From: Clostridia bacterium
Lineage (GTDB): Bacteria; Bacillota; Clostridia; TANB77; CAG-508
Assembly: GCA_022790575.1 (NCBI GenBank)
Contig: JAAVXM010000025.1
Location: 67,761 to 131,760 of the forward strand
Direction: 5' to 3'
DNA: 64,000 bases
Shown here: in pieces, positions 63,673 to 64,000 of the stretch
How positions within the stretch are numbered: position 1 is the stretch's first letter
How the letters are laid out: each line of letters opens with the position of its first letter
The notes under the pieces: generated by a model
Database searches by the model: none
The model's input: only the letters and a program-made list of their open reading frames with translations
What the model was told of the DNA's origin: nothing
Translations under genes and position numbers: made by a program

Positions 63673-64000
63673 TAATCGTCCTCCAATTCTTTTTTCATAT
63701 AATTTAGCATTTGATTAAAGTCATCAAATTGGTATTGTGATAATTCATTAATTTTTGTTCTATTACAGTCTGAGTATTTGTCATATATTACTGCCACTTC
63801 TATATTAGCATTATTTGCTGCTTCTACTCCTATTAAAGAATCTTCTATAATTAAACACTCCTTTGGCTGTACTTTTAACTCTTTTATTATTTTATAGTAT
63901 ATTTCTGGATTCGGCTTTAATTTCTCAACTGCTCCTTTTGAGTATATAATCGAAAAGATTTCTTCTTATCTATTATATTTCTATTATAGTTTTTGTAGTT
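63672..64000 (-). CDS. HAD-superfamily hydrolase, C-terminal fragment (gene continues beyond window end)
   Basis: Manual translation gives ...KPNPEIYYKIIKELKVQPKECLIIEDSLIGVEAANNANIEVAVIYD..., HAD motif III/IV region; stop TAA overlaps downstream ATG (TAATG). Confidence 0.4.

Overview
Low-GC (~25-27% GC) Firmicute chromosomal segment from a spore-former, Clostridium-like. Nearly all genes are on the minus strand. A plus-strand partial ORF for the conserved N-terminus of valS spans 1..224.

Recognisable content, in order:
- Fe-alcohol dehydrogenase.
- A def-priA-(cytidylate-kinase-like)-rpoZ-remA-yicC cluster, then rsmE.
- The dTDP-rhamnose operon rfbBCAD.
- Glycolytic genes gap-pgk-tpiA-gpmI-(inserted 220-aa ORF)-eno.
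- An uninterrupted pro-sigK.
- A heterodimeric ABC exporter pair and pfk.
- prfB with its programmed +1 frameshift.
- A transglutaminase-like protein.
- An ECF sigma/anti-sigma pair next to an orphan GerA-family germination protein.
- Rubrerythrin, then the complete spoIIIAA-AH operon and yebC.
- Several acetyltransferases and a large polytopic-membrane/SpoIIP-domain fusion protein.
- An ABC-2 transporter locus carrying three separate frameshifts.
- A polysaccharide deacetylase, an ABC-F ATPase and cardiolipin synthase.
- An ArsR/SdpI-like pair.
- A nucleotide-sanitation cluster (2x NUDIX, Ham1-like, cdd, HAD).

Four observations I rate highest:
1. An approx. 2.2-kb island (8.44-10.69 kb) with 40-43% GC in the sampled 60-nt stretches. 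It carries two unrecognised ORFs, one driven by a perfect consensus sigma-A promoter and AGGAGG RBS, bracketed by multiple hairpin terminators and inserted between rsmE and rfbB.
2. A modular intergenic repeat family, fused to the translation-initiation regions of spoIIIAA, a 350-aa membrane protein gene and an SdpI-like gene. Its 24-nt core GGTTGAAAAATAATTACAATTTTG is identical at all three loci.
3. A 175-bp nested perfect inverted-repeat structure between the end of spoIIIAH and the rubrerythrin start.
4. A novel-looking O-antigen-ligase-like/SpoIIP fusion protein.

No CRISPR array or tRNA/rRNA genes were seen.
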